From an uncultured virus (IMG/VR IMGVR_UViG_3300023176_002901) (taxonomy: Duplodnaviria > Heunggongvirae > Uroviricota > Caudoviricetes > Crassvirales): a stretch of 64,000 nucleotides of DNA. The position numbers and the translations under genes were made by a program. The notes under the pieces are model-generated. The model searched no databases. It was given only the letters and a program-made list of their open reading frames with translations, and was not told the origin of the DNA. Below, piece after piece: positions 34,001 through 42,800 of this stretch; positions within the stretch are counted from its first letter, which is position 1, and the number at the start of each line of letters is the position of its first letter. Location: the IMG/VR virus record IMGVR_UViG_3300023176_002901. One strand, given 5' to 3'.

Positions 34001-36454
34001 CACCTCGTGCGCTACCGTGCTTGCGTCCGCTGTCGCAAGGTTGATATGGATTACGCCATCGTTGTAGGCGCCCTCATCTGTCGCTGCTGTTCCGGTGTTC
34101 TTAGAGAACTCCTCGCCTGTGGCGTGAAGTATAATCTTCACATCGGGCAACAGCTTTTGAATGGCCTTAGCTCCACGAACGGCGAGCTTCTCAATGCGAG
34201 TCTGCTCCTTAGTGAGTGGCTGTGCGCCCGTCTCATTAACGACCAGATTGTCGGAGAGCTTTCTACCCCCCTCGAATACGGCAGCAACCTCTTCATTTGT
34301 GGCGGCAGCTACTGGTGCTTGACCAAGCGCTTCAGCCTTGAGGTCTTCGAGTTGTTGTTGCTCCTCCTCAGTGAGGGTTACTTCTTCTTCGACACGCGCT
34401 TCGGGAGCGACTTCAGGTTCTGCTTGGGGTGCTCCTTCCGCCACTTCTTCGCCAACTCTGGCTTCTGGCTGAACAGGAACTTCACTTGTTGCTTGCTCTT
34501 GAATGGCATCTTCTTGTGATTTTGTATATAGTTCTTTTATCTTCTCATCAATCTTAGCGACCTTTTCTTTTGCTATAGACTGAACCGCATCGTCCTTACC
34601 GGCGACCTTTTCTAAAGTTAACTGCTTTTCTCTTACGAGATTAAACATCTCTGCCTGAGCTTCCTCCGGCATATCCTCGGGGATTTTACCAAGAACGTCA
34701 ATGAACTCATCAACATTGGCAATCACCCTATCACCTTCGGCTCGTTCCATCTTACCAGCAGCAACCTGTTGGTCGATGTACTCAGATACTTTTTCTCTTT
34801 TAATTGCGCCAACAAATTCCTTGGCCTGCTTGAAGTCTTCTGATGTAACACCCTCAGGTCTAGAGAATGCACCGACTGTTCCAGCTATAATGCCACCGCC
34901 AATAGCTTCTTGAGCTCCGGCATATAGCACGTCCATCACAATTTCTTGTGCGGTCTTTGGCTTGAAAATATTCTTGCCTTGAGAGTCGGTTACATATTGA
35001 TTAATCAAATCATTTGACAACTCCTGAAGAGCACCCGTCTCAAATTCAGAGAGGCCACCCTTTGTAATCTTACTGGCGTATCCCCTTAATCCCTTGGCTT
35101 CTTGGCGAACAACTCTTTCAAAAGCCTCGGCTCCCACGTCTTCGCCCATTCCAGCAAGTCGGGTAAGAACCTTACCCGCCAAAATTCTTTTCACCATGGG
35201 CATCCCATTCAGGGTGTTTCTCAAACCAACTCTTTCAAGTATTCCCTCAATGCCAGCGGTGGCGAGTAAGTATGTTTGTCTTTGAGCCTCAGTCATTTGA
35301 AGGTCTGGATTCGCAGCAAGCTCATTTGCTAATTGCTCTTCCGCCGCCTGATAAGACATGTCCATAAAAGATAAGCCCATCGTAGAAGCAGATGTTGCCA
35401 TCGCGGGCAACGAGGTCATTAGTCCACGAACGGCACCCGAAAAGAATCTATCCTGAAGCTCTCTCTCTTTTCTTTTATCAATGGCGTATCCAGCCTTTTT
35501 GATAATTTCCTCTCGGCCCGCTTCCTTTATATATGGTAGAACTTCATTCTCAATACCCTTGTCTACCGTGGCAAAGTATTCCATGTATGCCGCATTGGCC
35601 GCAAGGGCATCTGAGTAGCCATCATCAATGGCCTTCTTATACATAACATATAAGTCGGGGTGCTTATCTTTTTTGTCCTCAATAAAGCGAGCAATCACCT
35701 GACCGTTCAGTGAGTTCTCTTCTCGGATATTGTTAACCCAGTTTCCAAATCCCTCAATGAGACCGTTCCACTTGTCGCCAACCCACTCTCCAGCAGTAAC
35801 TTCTACTGGCTCAAGTAATTCTGATTTATCCTCTTTGGGTTTTACTAAACCTTTTACTACTTGGTTAAATGCAACAAATGGGGCGGCAAGCGTTGGAACC
35901 TCTGGAGCCTTTATCTCCTCGGGTTGCGGCATCTCAACGGCGCCCTCTTCAATGCGACCCTCCATAACTGCCTGAGCCTCTGGAGATATCCCTTCTTCGC
36001 CAGCAATAGCGCCGGTCTCAAGGTCCATAGTAATGCCCTCCTCGGTAACAACCTCGGTTGGTCTAGTCTCATATGGCACAGGAATGGGCTGCTCTTGTGG
36101 AGCAACACCGCCCGCCTCTTGGATAGCCTGCTGCGTCTGTGGCGCTAAGCGTGGAGACGGGGGGAGTGTAAGGTCACGCCCGGGTAAAGAAGCCAAAGTA
36201 GGCGTCTCCATAGGAGAAGCCAACTGCTCTTCTTGAAAAGAAACCTCTGAAGGTTCTTCTTTTTTTTTTAATGGAGCATACTTTACATCGAACTCTTCAC
36301 GCCCTTTGGTATATAAGCCGTCTCTAGTTACAACACCAAATACTTTATCTCTATATTGTGGGTCTTCGTACTTAACTATAAACTCTTCATATGAGTTGGT
36401 ATAGTAACCCTTAGATACGAGGGTGTCGTATAACTTTTTGAGCTCGTCATTCAT
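25064..36454 (-). CDS. Giant modular internal virion / polyvalent protein (zincin HExxH, GNAT-like, PcfJ-like, LRR-like solenoid)
   Basis: 3796 aa; AHEVFH near 34000; GTGAGTRLM acetyl-CoA loop near 32090; PWCT...RIAVR...EVRG near 30800; L..LG.L..V.G.L repeats at 28950-29980; last of three internal-protein genes after the tail genes. Confidence 0.8.
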   Translation of the reverse strand: MNDELKKLYDTLVSKGYYTNSYEEFIVKYEDPQYRDKVFGVVTRDGLYTKGREEFDVKYAPLKKKEEPSEVSFQEEQLASPMETPTLASLPGRDLTLPPSPRLAPQTQQAIQEAGGVAPQEQPIPVPYETRPTEVVTEEGITMDLETGAIAGEEGISPEAQAVMEGRIEEGAVEMPQPEEIKAPEVPTLAAPFVAFNQVVKGLVKPKEDKSELLEPVEVTAGEWVGDKWNGLIEGFGNWVNNIREENSLNGQVIARFIEDKKDKHPDLYVMYKKAIDDGYSDALAANAAYMEYFATVDKGIENEVLPYIKEAGREEIIKKAGYAIDKRKERELQDRFFSGAVRGLMTSLPAMATSASTMGLSFMDMSYQAAEEQLANELAANPDLQMTEAQRQTYLLATAGIEGILERVGLRNTLNGMPMVKRILAGKVLTRLAGMGEDVGAEAFERVVRQEAKGLRGYASKITKGGLSEFETGALQELSNDLINQYVTDSQGKNIFKPKTAQEIVMDVLYAGAQEAIGGGIIAGTVGAFSRPEGVTSEDFKQAKEFVGAIKREKVSEYIDQQVAAGKMERAEGDRVIANVDEFIDVLGKIPEDMPEEAQAEMFNLVREKQLTLEKVAGKDDAVQSIAKEKVAKIDEKIKELYTKSQEDAIQEQATSEVPVQPEARVGEEVAEGAPQAEPEVAPEARVEEEVTLTEEEQQQLEDLKAEALGQAPVAAATNEEVAAVFEGGRKLSDNLVVNETGAQPLTKEQTRIEKLAVRGAKAIQKLLPDVKIILHATGEEFSKNTGTAATDEGAYNDGVIHINLATADASTVAHEVFHAIFLNKVRTDSKAQAVAKTMMENVRKTLADDSALAKEIDAFAQNYDENFQNEERLAQLMGALSREYVNATSTVKGQIVEFIKRLARAFNVSLPSEFGKTDESVTAMLDVLARKVARGKAIVAADLVVLDSAAEPGSTVASGTVAENINEKGSDSININATRKQQLNRGGIDIEAIKRGSINDLSGANAFVFAADQATYGEIESPSGTRYFFKGGYLYPYGSGMGWAFTSETAANKILKKVKESDGVGLVMSQASDGIAGSLSFYEYLMAEIQNAVMKGASPQELIDYVNAKLRTASRTPGVTIAEQLEKKGHKGQIETLEDLRDLMPIEGKGVISYDTRGAFTKSFFSATSYERFGIPPLMPTAKMKTGVLDYVNDPSLEKVQYGDIISAIQFNKDSKVIDTRKEGMDTHPSYPFVIEGTPIMVFDKAVDVRKVYPKAKPVTGPQIEIGERAKPQAARSAMGAQYVAEIPTDIVEEPTVITLEDALPAAQLTGEQQMAIENIKVKKPALRQKKAMTNEEARESLNRKGRKPYPTSTDDALTADEVRVYFMDEDFNWRREFYQPYNNVANLFAEMANDPDFHIFPSIIMRGGFMTMDTSVENPELEMNIRISPKEGNVIYIDGIELFDPRLAGTGAGTRLMNRITAAADKLGLTIKLDAYPTKRYQGDPVTRKEYSEAKLAKMAKDLTKFYEKFGFSVTRVAYDGAQSMKRSPQTLETKNAMRQKKGLITITPTEGIKYQKAGIQEKYQQEAIKMLGEILPVLEDSGRFFTAMGYKKDGVEPTSEEILQASRAEGIVERVLDSLLFDSDTSADVNRADVKKTNLKDVNAVILLANRLFPKSSSPAQAVYRFLESIAFAIGAQVNQTDSYIIDFLKIYDGDNITKDILGQAKEADRMGLSRKTVAEIEEKAESDYHRMRVLNEYQVTQDDTIKKWAAFLQHEIGIPPAIRLMLFDAVVTHNYDARTGSYKKRNRQTLRNYTPYDEGTISRMVGEQTISSDAVLKEYVETMMANAPNVVKAFKMYDTAEGTWLKFPGGDGVSEQDINDNADALSQLVQDTPWCTKTGAEGQLRGGDFYVFVTTDKGGVPKARIAVRTRRGSIEEVRGILEGQQMEPKMRPVAEQFLESGAVPGGEKWAEGQRFNEKIRMFREEISKRPLTLQDFRTVSSLTAEANRYSFMQYGGNGFVERLNEDFNLKIDANDVAPEIKGKVARGMEELTPETEVLIGNFYGDNLIRMGLKAAAIEAMRDGKQIGSRLEIKGKARVFELFGEAINNEDPSDYVSHATDYVVLYSGGSFTSFDIFASLVEAYGEEGAVRMVSNAISNSAKSLRVIAGHYNQQSQLIPANLKTVEGDATIYDKNSTGNIELVGGDLFIQENSLDFHIGVTSVDQGVHIVNDIRSLGNLTTVQDNVNLYSAGQLESLGKLERVGDNLDLSYAQKLMSLGELKVVEGDLNLPPSIITLGKMKRLGRFEYGVPDTLESFGELEEIVRSSPIVIGEKSRLRDLGKLKKLEGSLQITDNKTLRTLGPHLKEIVGSLRVRLGDSGFDLGALETVNYLTISASDDYAGHAINLGSLRSVSGEVSINVEVDSFGDLEYVGGGLQFKPSENFKDTGKLKTVASGLLIWEGSEEGPGSTPIVISNLVTVGGSFFSTSSRVKSLGSIEEIAGDDHGEFISSVYLESSGNLLAKSVDPERYSLARKELKDGFISQELFNDIQRLHGEYLRAEAGVEPPPAIRQKRGDATAYQNWSAKPQSQAQELGHRFNMNHKGFVPATTDPAQFRIAVRKLDDRLGTKPRRDERTGEVSGYHMTLDGKFFNPFLRVIGGGGSANSLRRQGYGAGTQSIYEFINDVRERGYTDRVIAAFLKEQGYSATEIKSALAVPIDVMGTMLPDGFANAEGGVAQGQAFFNELTKKIKRYANAKRLGVLLHNAADVRAKAQELLVNSDFFKAQSPTIQAEMQIGLDKALNIPAANKKFQADFKALRAMLSNMKKGAAELEKAKRAMRMFIRKNLPKTVFNKADVNKLMKAITDATPDSLPAVMERVTGFVNEFYVRDLSAAIDKLLKTPTTRMVSGRRVGRVSVSLQNILGSLTNKKSPMLVDEGMSAQNIEDLMQKQEKRFNKLSVKTALTQEESDEMNALSIALMYNEAMLMEDNNPHKVDALAAVRDNLRTLISTGRSQMRGEIDAQRAYYEHLISDAYNGITGEELDLSEEGEEANKEKLIELKNKEQRRKTFDGGIKSFVGKIKNSVDEFFTKQMDLALLLQRISSGLSEAMGGNKLMEIFDDRLFKARVSFVSGKKQVFDIISNKAKEIWGDNYKLEMQRNAVPVVSKDLINDKNVIWLNEEKANELKKEYDSATNKRKAQIIRQLEKLEVVLSNNQAYYLYNQYKDPANVASFEKKFGKNQYARIMQQITDRLDAKTKEWADWQVNELYPSLYEKYNEVYKAIYRTNMPWNQFYAGRIFREGEEGDLQFDLLAGSSEYQTSVGGQSTKARVKNSRPIQSVDGNSVLNSYLKDMEYFRAYAEAMRDLSKVLDNANVKAAIIELGGKNTYDALKDMMQKVARKGISQNESQLANAMMGMYIKSKLAINPTVFLKQLTSAFAFADYIGYTNWSKYTALALPQARKLWKEWYANSPLFQERYENSNIGDILEGYSYEGSLNESPILVNKKVGGKDITVTKEQTRNLMNSLMYLVKQGDKGGIMGGLANYLYYKQQYLEKNPGDEAGAQKYASEKATKQALRTQQDSGITNKDWFQTGGPAYRFLNVFLSSPKALLRREMSAFMSLSRKMKGLPTQDGYGDIARRVVTYHILVPMVFQWVALGLPGLLSDWDEEDEQALGRAALLGNLNALFIVGDILTAVKDLVSGAPWAGEFTTLPVFEQIGLVFKDIKSFTKATDPVKKDKYMWRMINHITELTGIPASNIHKMVKNIEAIPDSKDPGEALLRLFNYSDYVIEGGDKKKSDKEIEAYRKAMLGE

Positions 36455-36458
36455 GCTC

Positions 36459-36466
36459 CAAATTTA
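36459..36466 (-). promoter_or_regulatory. -7 box (TAAATTTG) 4 nt before the giant gene ATG
   Basis: TAnnTTTG match. Confidence 0.55.
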
Positions 36467-36487
36467 ATAAATTATTAGCTATGCTTC

Positions 36488-38200
36488 TTAATCGAGCTCG
36501 CCAGTAACCGTGGTTGTTTGGGTTGTTGTTTGAGTTGATTGTTTTTTCTTAAGCTCATCTTCAATAAACGTCTTAAGCTTAGTCATCTCAGCAATTCGGT
36601 CAGCCTCATCTGTGTAGTCAAACTCAACAACAAATTCTTTACCTTCTGGAGTTGTGATAGTTATCTCATCACCAGCCAATGTGCCAGTGGTTTTAGCTGA
36701 ATACCCGGCTCCAAGAGCCTTAGCGACTCTGTCCATAATTGGTAGTGCCTCTTCTTGAAATAATCCAAACACACTTGGGTCAGCGATATTAGACTCTGTG
36801 AGTATCTTGGTTGATTCAGCCCTTGGGTCAAGCGCTCCAGCCGATGTGAATCCTTGACCCGCATAATCTTCGCTGCGCCCCTTGTATGGACTCTTCTGCC
36901 AATCAATGAAGGTCTGCTCAATAGGCAATCCCGGAATCAAGAAGCCACCGGCTCTAGTTGCAAACTGCTCAAAACCACTTGAGGCACCAGTTGGAGCCTT
37001 TGGCATGGCAAGTCTTTCAATTCTTCCATCCGTAAACGTGATGTTCATATTGCCATCAGCAGTCTTATTAATAGACTTAATGGCTGGGTTCAGTGCGCGT
37101 ATGGCATCAGCAGCAACGGCTGCTTCATTAGCGCTTCCTGAGTAGAGCTTACGAACGAGCTCGAGGTGTGCGAGGTTCTGCTTCTTTTGCTCTCCCCTTC
37201 CAAGTTCTGCTTCCGTCGGACGCTGAATAGGCATGGGAGTTTCAGCGCGGTCAAGCTGTACTCTGAGCTGAGCGCGAACCGCCTCTGCGGCTGCCTTGCG
37301 CTGCTCTTCCGTAGGTTTGGGTTGGTATAAACCAGAGCTGTCCTGCTCTACCAATATCTTCTTTGGGTCGGATGCCGCCTCTTTTGGGTCTACGGTAAAC
37401 GTATAATCTAAATAGTCTGTAAGAATACCACCGATGTTTCTAGGAGACGTCATCATGGACGCTATGATATCGTTCTCTGCCTGAACATATTCCTTTCGCT
37501 GCATGATGTCCTTCAACGCCATGACGCCTCCCGCTCTGATTGAACGGGTGTAGTCCCCAAGAACCTTCACTCTCTTAGATACTTCTGCCGGAACATCGTA
37601 CTTATTAATCTGGTCTTTTGATTGGGCCGTCATTGCGGCAATACCCATATACTTAGATGGGTCTGCAATCACGTTTCCGTCTTTATCTTTTTCCGCAATA
37701 ACAACACTATAACCTAGTGGGTCAACAAAGATGGCTGTACTAGCTGGGTCTCGATACTTGTCCAGCATTTCGTTTTTAAATTGCTCAAGCGCTCCCGCCT
37801 CGCCATTCTGCAAGCGCTCCATAGCCTTAGCGTAAAGGTCTCTATCCTGCTGAGCCGCATCAGCCAACAGGTTAACGCCATCCATAATGTTCTGACGCTT
37901 CTTTAAATATTCATTTGGGTCTAGAAGACCGGCCTTCATCTGCTTCTCCGCTAGCAATAATGCTTCGCGGATGTTTGACGCGCCATCCATGAAATAATCA
38001 CTAGATGTCGGCGGCAAATTCTGCTGCATTTTTTCAGCAGCAACAAGAGTCTCTCTAGTTTTATCGTCAATAGCCTGACGCTTCTGCTTTCTCTCTTCTG
38101 AGATTTGTATCAAATCATCAGATAACGTTTTACCTATGGACGCCCAATCAACAAACGCCTCATCGCCCCGCTTAACGTATCCTAAATAACTCTTAGCCAT
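36488..38200 (-). CDS. Probable internal virion (ejection) protein
   Basis: 570 aa, helical composition; assigned by position. Confidence 0.6.
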   Translation of the reverse strand: MAKSYLGYVKRGDEAFVDWASIGKTLSDDLIQISEERKQKRQAIDDKTRETLVAAEKMQQNLPPTSSDYFMDGASNIREALLLAEKQMKAGLLDPNEYLKKRQNIMDGVNLLADAAQQDRDLYAKAMERLQNGEAGALEQFKNEMLDKYRDPASTAIFVDPLGYSVVIAEKDKDGNVIADPSKYMGIAAMTAQSKDQINKYDVPAEVSKRVKVLGDYTRSIRAGGVMALKDIMQRKEYVQAENDIIASMMTSPRNIGGILTDYLDYTFTVDPKEAASDPKKILVEQDSSGLYQPKPTEEQRKAAAEAVRAQLRVQLDRAETPMPIQRPTEAELGRGEQKKQNLAHLELVRKLYSGSANEAAVAADAIRALNPAIKSINKTADGNMNITFTDGRIERLAMPKAPTGASSGFEQFATRAGGFLIPGLPIEQTFIDWQKSPYKGRSEDYAGQGFTSAGALDPRAESTKILTESNIADPSVFGLFQEEALPIMDRVAKALGAGYSAKTTGTLAGDEITITTPEGKEFVVEFDYTDEADRIAEMTKLKTFIEDELKKKQSTQTTTQTTTVTGELD

Positions 38201-38205
38201 TGGTC

Positions 38206-39066
38206 TTACTTATTGTATTGGCCCATTAGGAACATCATATATGGGTCTACGGATTGAGAAACTTGATTCAAAAACACATTTGGATAACCCGATTGTCCTC
38301 TTTGGGTATCCATTACATATCCTTCATATCCAGTAGGATAGTTCTTATCCATGTACTCCTTCAGCTTTTGCTGTTGAGACTGGAATTGATTGAACATATC
38401 AGACTCTCCGGGCATTAATCCCTGACCAATCTGACTTCCTGCCTGACCGCCTATCTCACCAAGCGATTGACCAATTCCCTCTGCCGCCTCCATTCCAGCT
38501 GCGGCCTCTCTGGCCTTTTTATATAAGGGCATCCCAGTGGCTAGTGTGCCAGCGGCATTAACCAATCCCATTGTTCCGCTCGTCATTGCTTTGCCAGCGG
38601 CTTCCTCAGCCTGCGCTGCTGCCACCTGAGCGCCGAAGGCTTCCCTTACGTCAAGATTTGATAGCAAGCCAAGTCTTCTGGCTTCATCCTCAGCGACAGC
38701 TAAATCTCTTTTATAAATATCTTGAGCCATTGCTTCGCGCTGCTTTTCAGCGGCAGTGAGGCCAAGGGCGCCAACTCTTCCAACACTGGCAGCGAGTTCC
38801 CTAGCTCCCGCTTCTCTTGCAGCCTCTATGGCCTGCATAGACTGTGCCGTTATCTCGCGCTGAGCCGTCTCATATGCTTCAGTGGGAACCTGAAGTCTTT
38901 CAAGCGGAGCCTGCGTAAGCTTAGCCCTAGCATCTGCAACCGCCTTAGCGGCAGCAGCTTCAGCCTCTTTCATGTATTTTTTTTGCTGGGCCGCTTGGGT
39001 ATAGCTCATCAAAGAACCTCCAACCTGAGCTCCAACTGATATTAATACGGGTAATGGTATTGGCAT
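38206..39066 (-). CDS. Probable internal virion / DNA-pilot protein
   Basis: Hydrophobic Gly/Ala N-terminus and Ala/Gln coiled coil; TATCTTTG box at 39074-39081. Confidence 0.6.
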   Translation of the reverse strand: MPIPLPVLISVGAQVGGSLMSYTQAAQQKKYMKEAEAAAAKAVADARAKLTQAPLERLQVPTEAYETAQREITAQSMQAIEAAREAGARELAASVGRVGALGLTAAEKQREAMAQDIYKRDLAVAEDEARRLGLLSNLDVREAFGAQVAAAQAEEAAGKAMTSGTMGLVNAAGTLATGMPLYKKAREAAAGMEAAEGIGQSLGEIGGQAGSQIGQGLMPGESDMFNQFQSQQQKLKEYMDKNYPTGYEGYVMDTQRGQSGYPNVFLNQVSQSVDPYMMFLMGQYNK

Positions 39067-39083
39067 AACTTTACAAAGATAGT

Positions 39084-39839
39084 TTAAGGATATGACTTAA
39101 ATATGCCAGCCTCAGCGCTAAAGAGCTCCACAGGCTGTGTGTTTTCATTCGTTAATGTAACCTCGCAGAAATAACCCAGTGTTCCATGTGATTCTGCTTG
39201 AGGATTTTTAACATAAAATATATAGTTTCCCGGAGATGGAACGGGCCCGGCTGTGGCATCCACTGTTACGGTTGTATAATCTGACGATACACTAACAACA
39301 TCGCCGACCAACAACTCTTGGGGCGTTGAATAAAAGTAGATAGCATCTCCATTGCTAATCATCGTTCCGACATTGAATCCGAAATCAATTTCATACAGGC
39401 TTCCGCCAACATTGGTAACGCTAACCGCAGTTCCAATGCCATTGACGGAACGCTGCTTTAGATTAACTACATTCTCATGCGCCCTAATAAAAGCAAAGTA
39501 TGAGCCTTCTTTAAGTTCAAACCATCCGCTCTCAATAACACCAGTCTGCAAATCGGTAACCGCCTCGGCTTTCCATGAGTCGTCAGACTCAAGGGATATA
39601 GTCTTGAATACTTTATTCTCTGTTGGCGATTGATTGAACACCGTAGTTATTGAGCAGTTTGGAGAATTGTGAACGCCATAAAACTCACCGCGACTTTCAT
39701 TGGTGTGGTGTTTAAATATATTACCGCCATTGAACGTATACAGATTATCACTCATTCCAATAATATATTCTGGAATGTAGGAATAAAATGTGGGAAATCC
39801 CTTTACGGATGGGCTATAAGATAGTGTTTTATCGCTCAT
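39084..39839 (-). CDS. Tail protein resembling the C-terminal part of a nozzle/stabilisation protein
   Basis: TLSYS...GFPTFYSYIPE...FN..P...KVFKTISLES...KEGSYFA. Confidence 0.6.
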   Translation of the reverse strand: MSDKTLSYSPSVKGFPTFYSYIPEYIIGMSDNLYTFNGGNIFKHHTNESRGEFYGVHNSPNCSITTVFNQSPTENKVFKTISLESDDSWKAEAVTDLQTGVIESGWFELKEGSYFAFIRAHENVVNLKQRSVNGIGTAVSVTNVGGSLYEIDFGFNVGTMISNGDAIYFYSTPQELLVGDVVSVSSDYTTVTVDATAGPVPSPGNYIFYVKNPQAESHGTLGYFCEVTLTNENTQPVELFSAEAGIFKSYP

Positions 39840-42800
39840 TATAGACAGGTTATTTCTAGTTGATACTGAGCACCAGCTCCCACTGATATAATTCTAACGG
39901 TTGCATTTTCTGGGAAGGCTGTAGATTTACTTACGGCCATACTTCCAGATGTAGTGACAGCACCGCTAGATGTTGTGGTTCCATTGTATATAACTTGGAA
40001 CTCAATGGTTCCAGCAATAGGACCAATCGTCCACACAAGATTAAATGAGCCTGTGGCATCACCAAGGGCAAGCGTGAACTCAGTCACCTCGTCAGCTCCG
40101 ATGTTTGTATTAATAAGAGTGCCACATGGGACTACCGTTGGAGTCCACTCAACAGCGTCATCCGCTTTAATTGAAAGGACATATTCATCTAGGTATGGGT
40201 CATATCCACCGAGCTTCTGTGAGCGCGGAGAGTTGTTAAACTCATCTCTAAACCAAGAGCCCATTCCGTATTCGGATACAACCTCAAGTGTTTCATTATT
40301 ATAGCTAGAGCCACTGAGCTTAAGGACTGCCCCTCTGGTCACGTCGGTGAAGAACTTATCCTTACCAAATGAGGCAAAGCTTTCGGGGTTCTGACTGATG
40401 CCATACTCCTCGAGTCTAGCAATCTGAGTACCAAGAACTTCCGGAACAGAAGTGATGGCTCCGCCCGCAGCGGCATCAGACAATAAGTTCTTGCCCGCAA
40501 GTACATAAGATATCTTATCCTCCTGAAGAACAAGGATGTCTGTCTGTCTTCCGTGAAGCTTTTGAATAGAGGCGAATGAGCGCTCCAAATCCTTATAGTT
40601 GACAAGGGCTGTGTTGAACTCGTTAAGCTTATTGACGTTGGTGTCAGCGTTATAGATGCCACTGTATATGACGGACGCAAAACGATGCGCCTCTATGTAG
40701 TCCTCTTCTGCAACAGCGCTGAATCTGTTTCCTATAACAACAGCGCTAGATGTTATTCCATCTGAATACCTATACCCTTCTACGCCATTTCCAAAAGTAT
40801 AGCAATTGAAGAAGTCCAAATTAGATATTGCTGGCTGCGATGGTCCTTGGTTCAAGACATTACCCCTATGATATCCTCCAACAATTTGAAATGATTGAGA
40901 GCTCTCATAGTACAGTTCATCATTCACTGCCTCCGCTTCCGTTTCAAAAGCTATGAACGTATTAACGGAGCCTCCGAGTGAAAACTTGCCAGCGTTTATC
41001 TTCATATATAAACCATCGGGAGCTCCAGAAATAAAGCCATCTGGTTGATACTGAACATCAAGAACGTCAACAGTTACCAATGACGAAACTGGTCCGTTGG
41101 TGTCAGTCTTTACTGTCAAACTATCCCCGGGCTTTGGAAGCAACTGGTTCTGGCCCTCAAGAAGAAACCAGTACTCATTGCCCATCGCTACCGTATTATA
41201 AAACTCACGGCTATATACAATGTTGTAATTGCCTTTGGATGGCTTTATAGTGTACTTATATGTCGTTGCCCACTTGGGGGGGAGGTGGTTTATTCTAGTC
41301 CTAATAAAGTTTTTGCTTGATGATGTATTAGGTCCGAAGAATGTGCTGTTGGTTTCACAAATAACAGACGTTGAGTTTCGTCCAAACTCATCCATGTATA
41401 TGATTCCAATATCGTATCCCGTATTGCTGTGCAAACTGTTAGCTTGGTCTTTCTTGTAAAAAACAGAAGAGACGGATGTGGCTGAAAAATACTGAGCGAT
41501 ATATCTAGTGTATGGCGCCGTATCGTTCGCCCGAACAAACTTAGTTACAGGAAACTGGAATGATATAACATCACTAGCGGCAACTGAAGCTGTAATTATC
41601 GGAGTCGATGCTGCCGTAGTGCCATACTCTTCTTTTACCCATGGTCCACCGGGAGGGGTTGCGGTATCCACTGGGTTTGGTACAGCACACTCAAATATGT
41701 CCGTCCAAGTCAAGCCCGTGCATATAGTATCTACTGGCTGTATGTTTACAGCTGTCCCTATGGTATCCTGAAAATGCGTTGAATTCCAGAAGTCATACGC
41801 TGTAGCATAATTTGCGTCAGCCGTTATAACAAACCTTATACTAAATGGAGTCATGGGGTTCAACGTTACCGATGTTCCCACGGCCGTTGTTGCCCCTAAG
41901 TCAAAATTTATATCCATGTAGAAAACGTCTCCCTCTTCTATGGATACATTACTAAAGTCTACCTCAATGATTGAGTCTGGAACGGGTACTGGAGGTGCAA
42001 TATAATATGCGCCTCCATTATTCGTTGAATCAGTAAGGCCATCGGCAAGGATGGATTCACTAATTGGCTCTACGGTATAGTCAATGGTTATTGGCTGATT
42101 ATCAGAATCAACAATATCGTATCCATCTACATAGTTTCCAAATGTGACGCGATTCCCCATAATGGTTTGCGCCTTTGCTAAACGCGGCACATTGTCATAC
42201 ACCCTTAGCAACTCACTTTCTGGAAGCGTAGTGTATATTTTGTTTGCCGAAAACTTGACAGACACACTGGCGTTATCTGCCCATCCCTGCTCATCCTTAT
42301 CAAACTTCTCAATTACATTAACAATGTTTGAGTCATTAAGCTTAAAGCAAACATCTATGCCAACTACTAGGTCGGAGCCAGTATTTATTGTAATCTCAGC
42401 AGCGTTAAATAAGCTAGACATTCCCGTATTGGTTACGGTGTCGTCATCAAGCTCAAAAACACCGGGCACAAATGCAGCATTAGAAAATTGAGACAATGCG
42501 CTATACTCCCCATCTTTATACTTATATCTGTACGCAAAACATACAAATCTGGTATCTATAAAATTCTCAAATCCCCCTGCGGTAAGTGTTGTTACTACAG
42601 GAGAGGCCGACGGAGGTGCGGTTATCAATGCAATATCTGCCTCAGATATTTGGTCAACGCCAGCCACGGGAAAGGGGTAGTGTCTATTGACGTTAATCTT
42701 TCTTGGCTGATTGTAGTTGTCGGTCCACAAAAGCAGGTCATCTACAATATTGACCCCCGTGATTAAGTATTGTGGGTTGAAGTTTAAAACAGACGTAGAT

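Noticed and set aside
25064..36454. crAss-like virion RNA polymerase
   Set aside because: No DxDxD catalytic motif in an RNAP context seen; domains look like a polyvalent protein, and late genes have host-type promoters.
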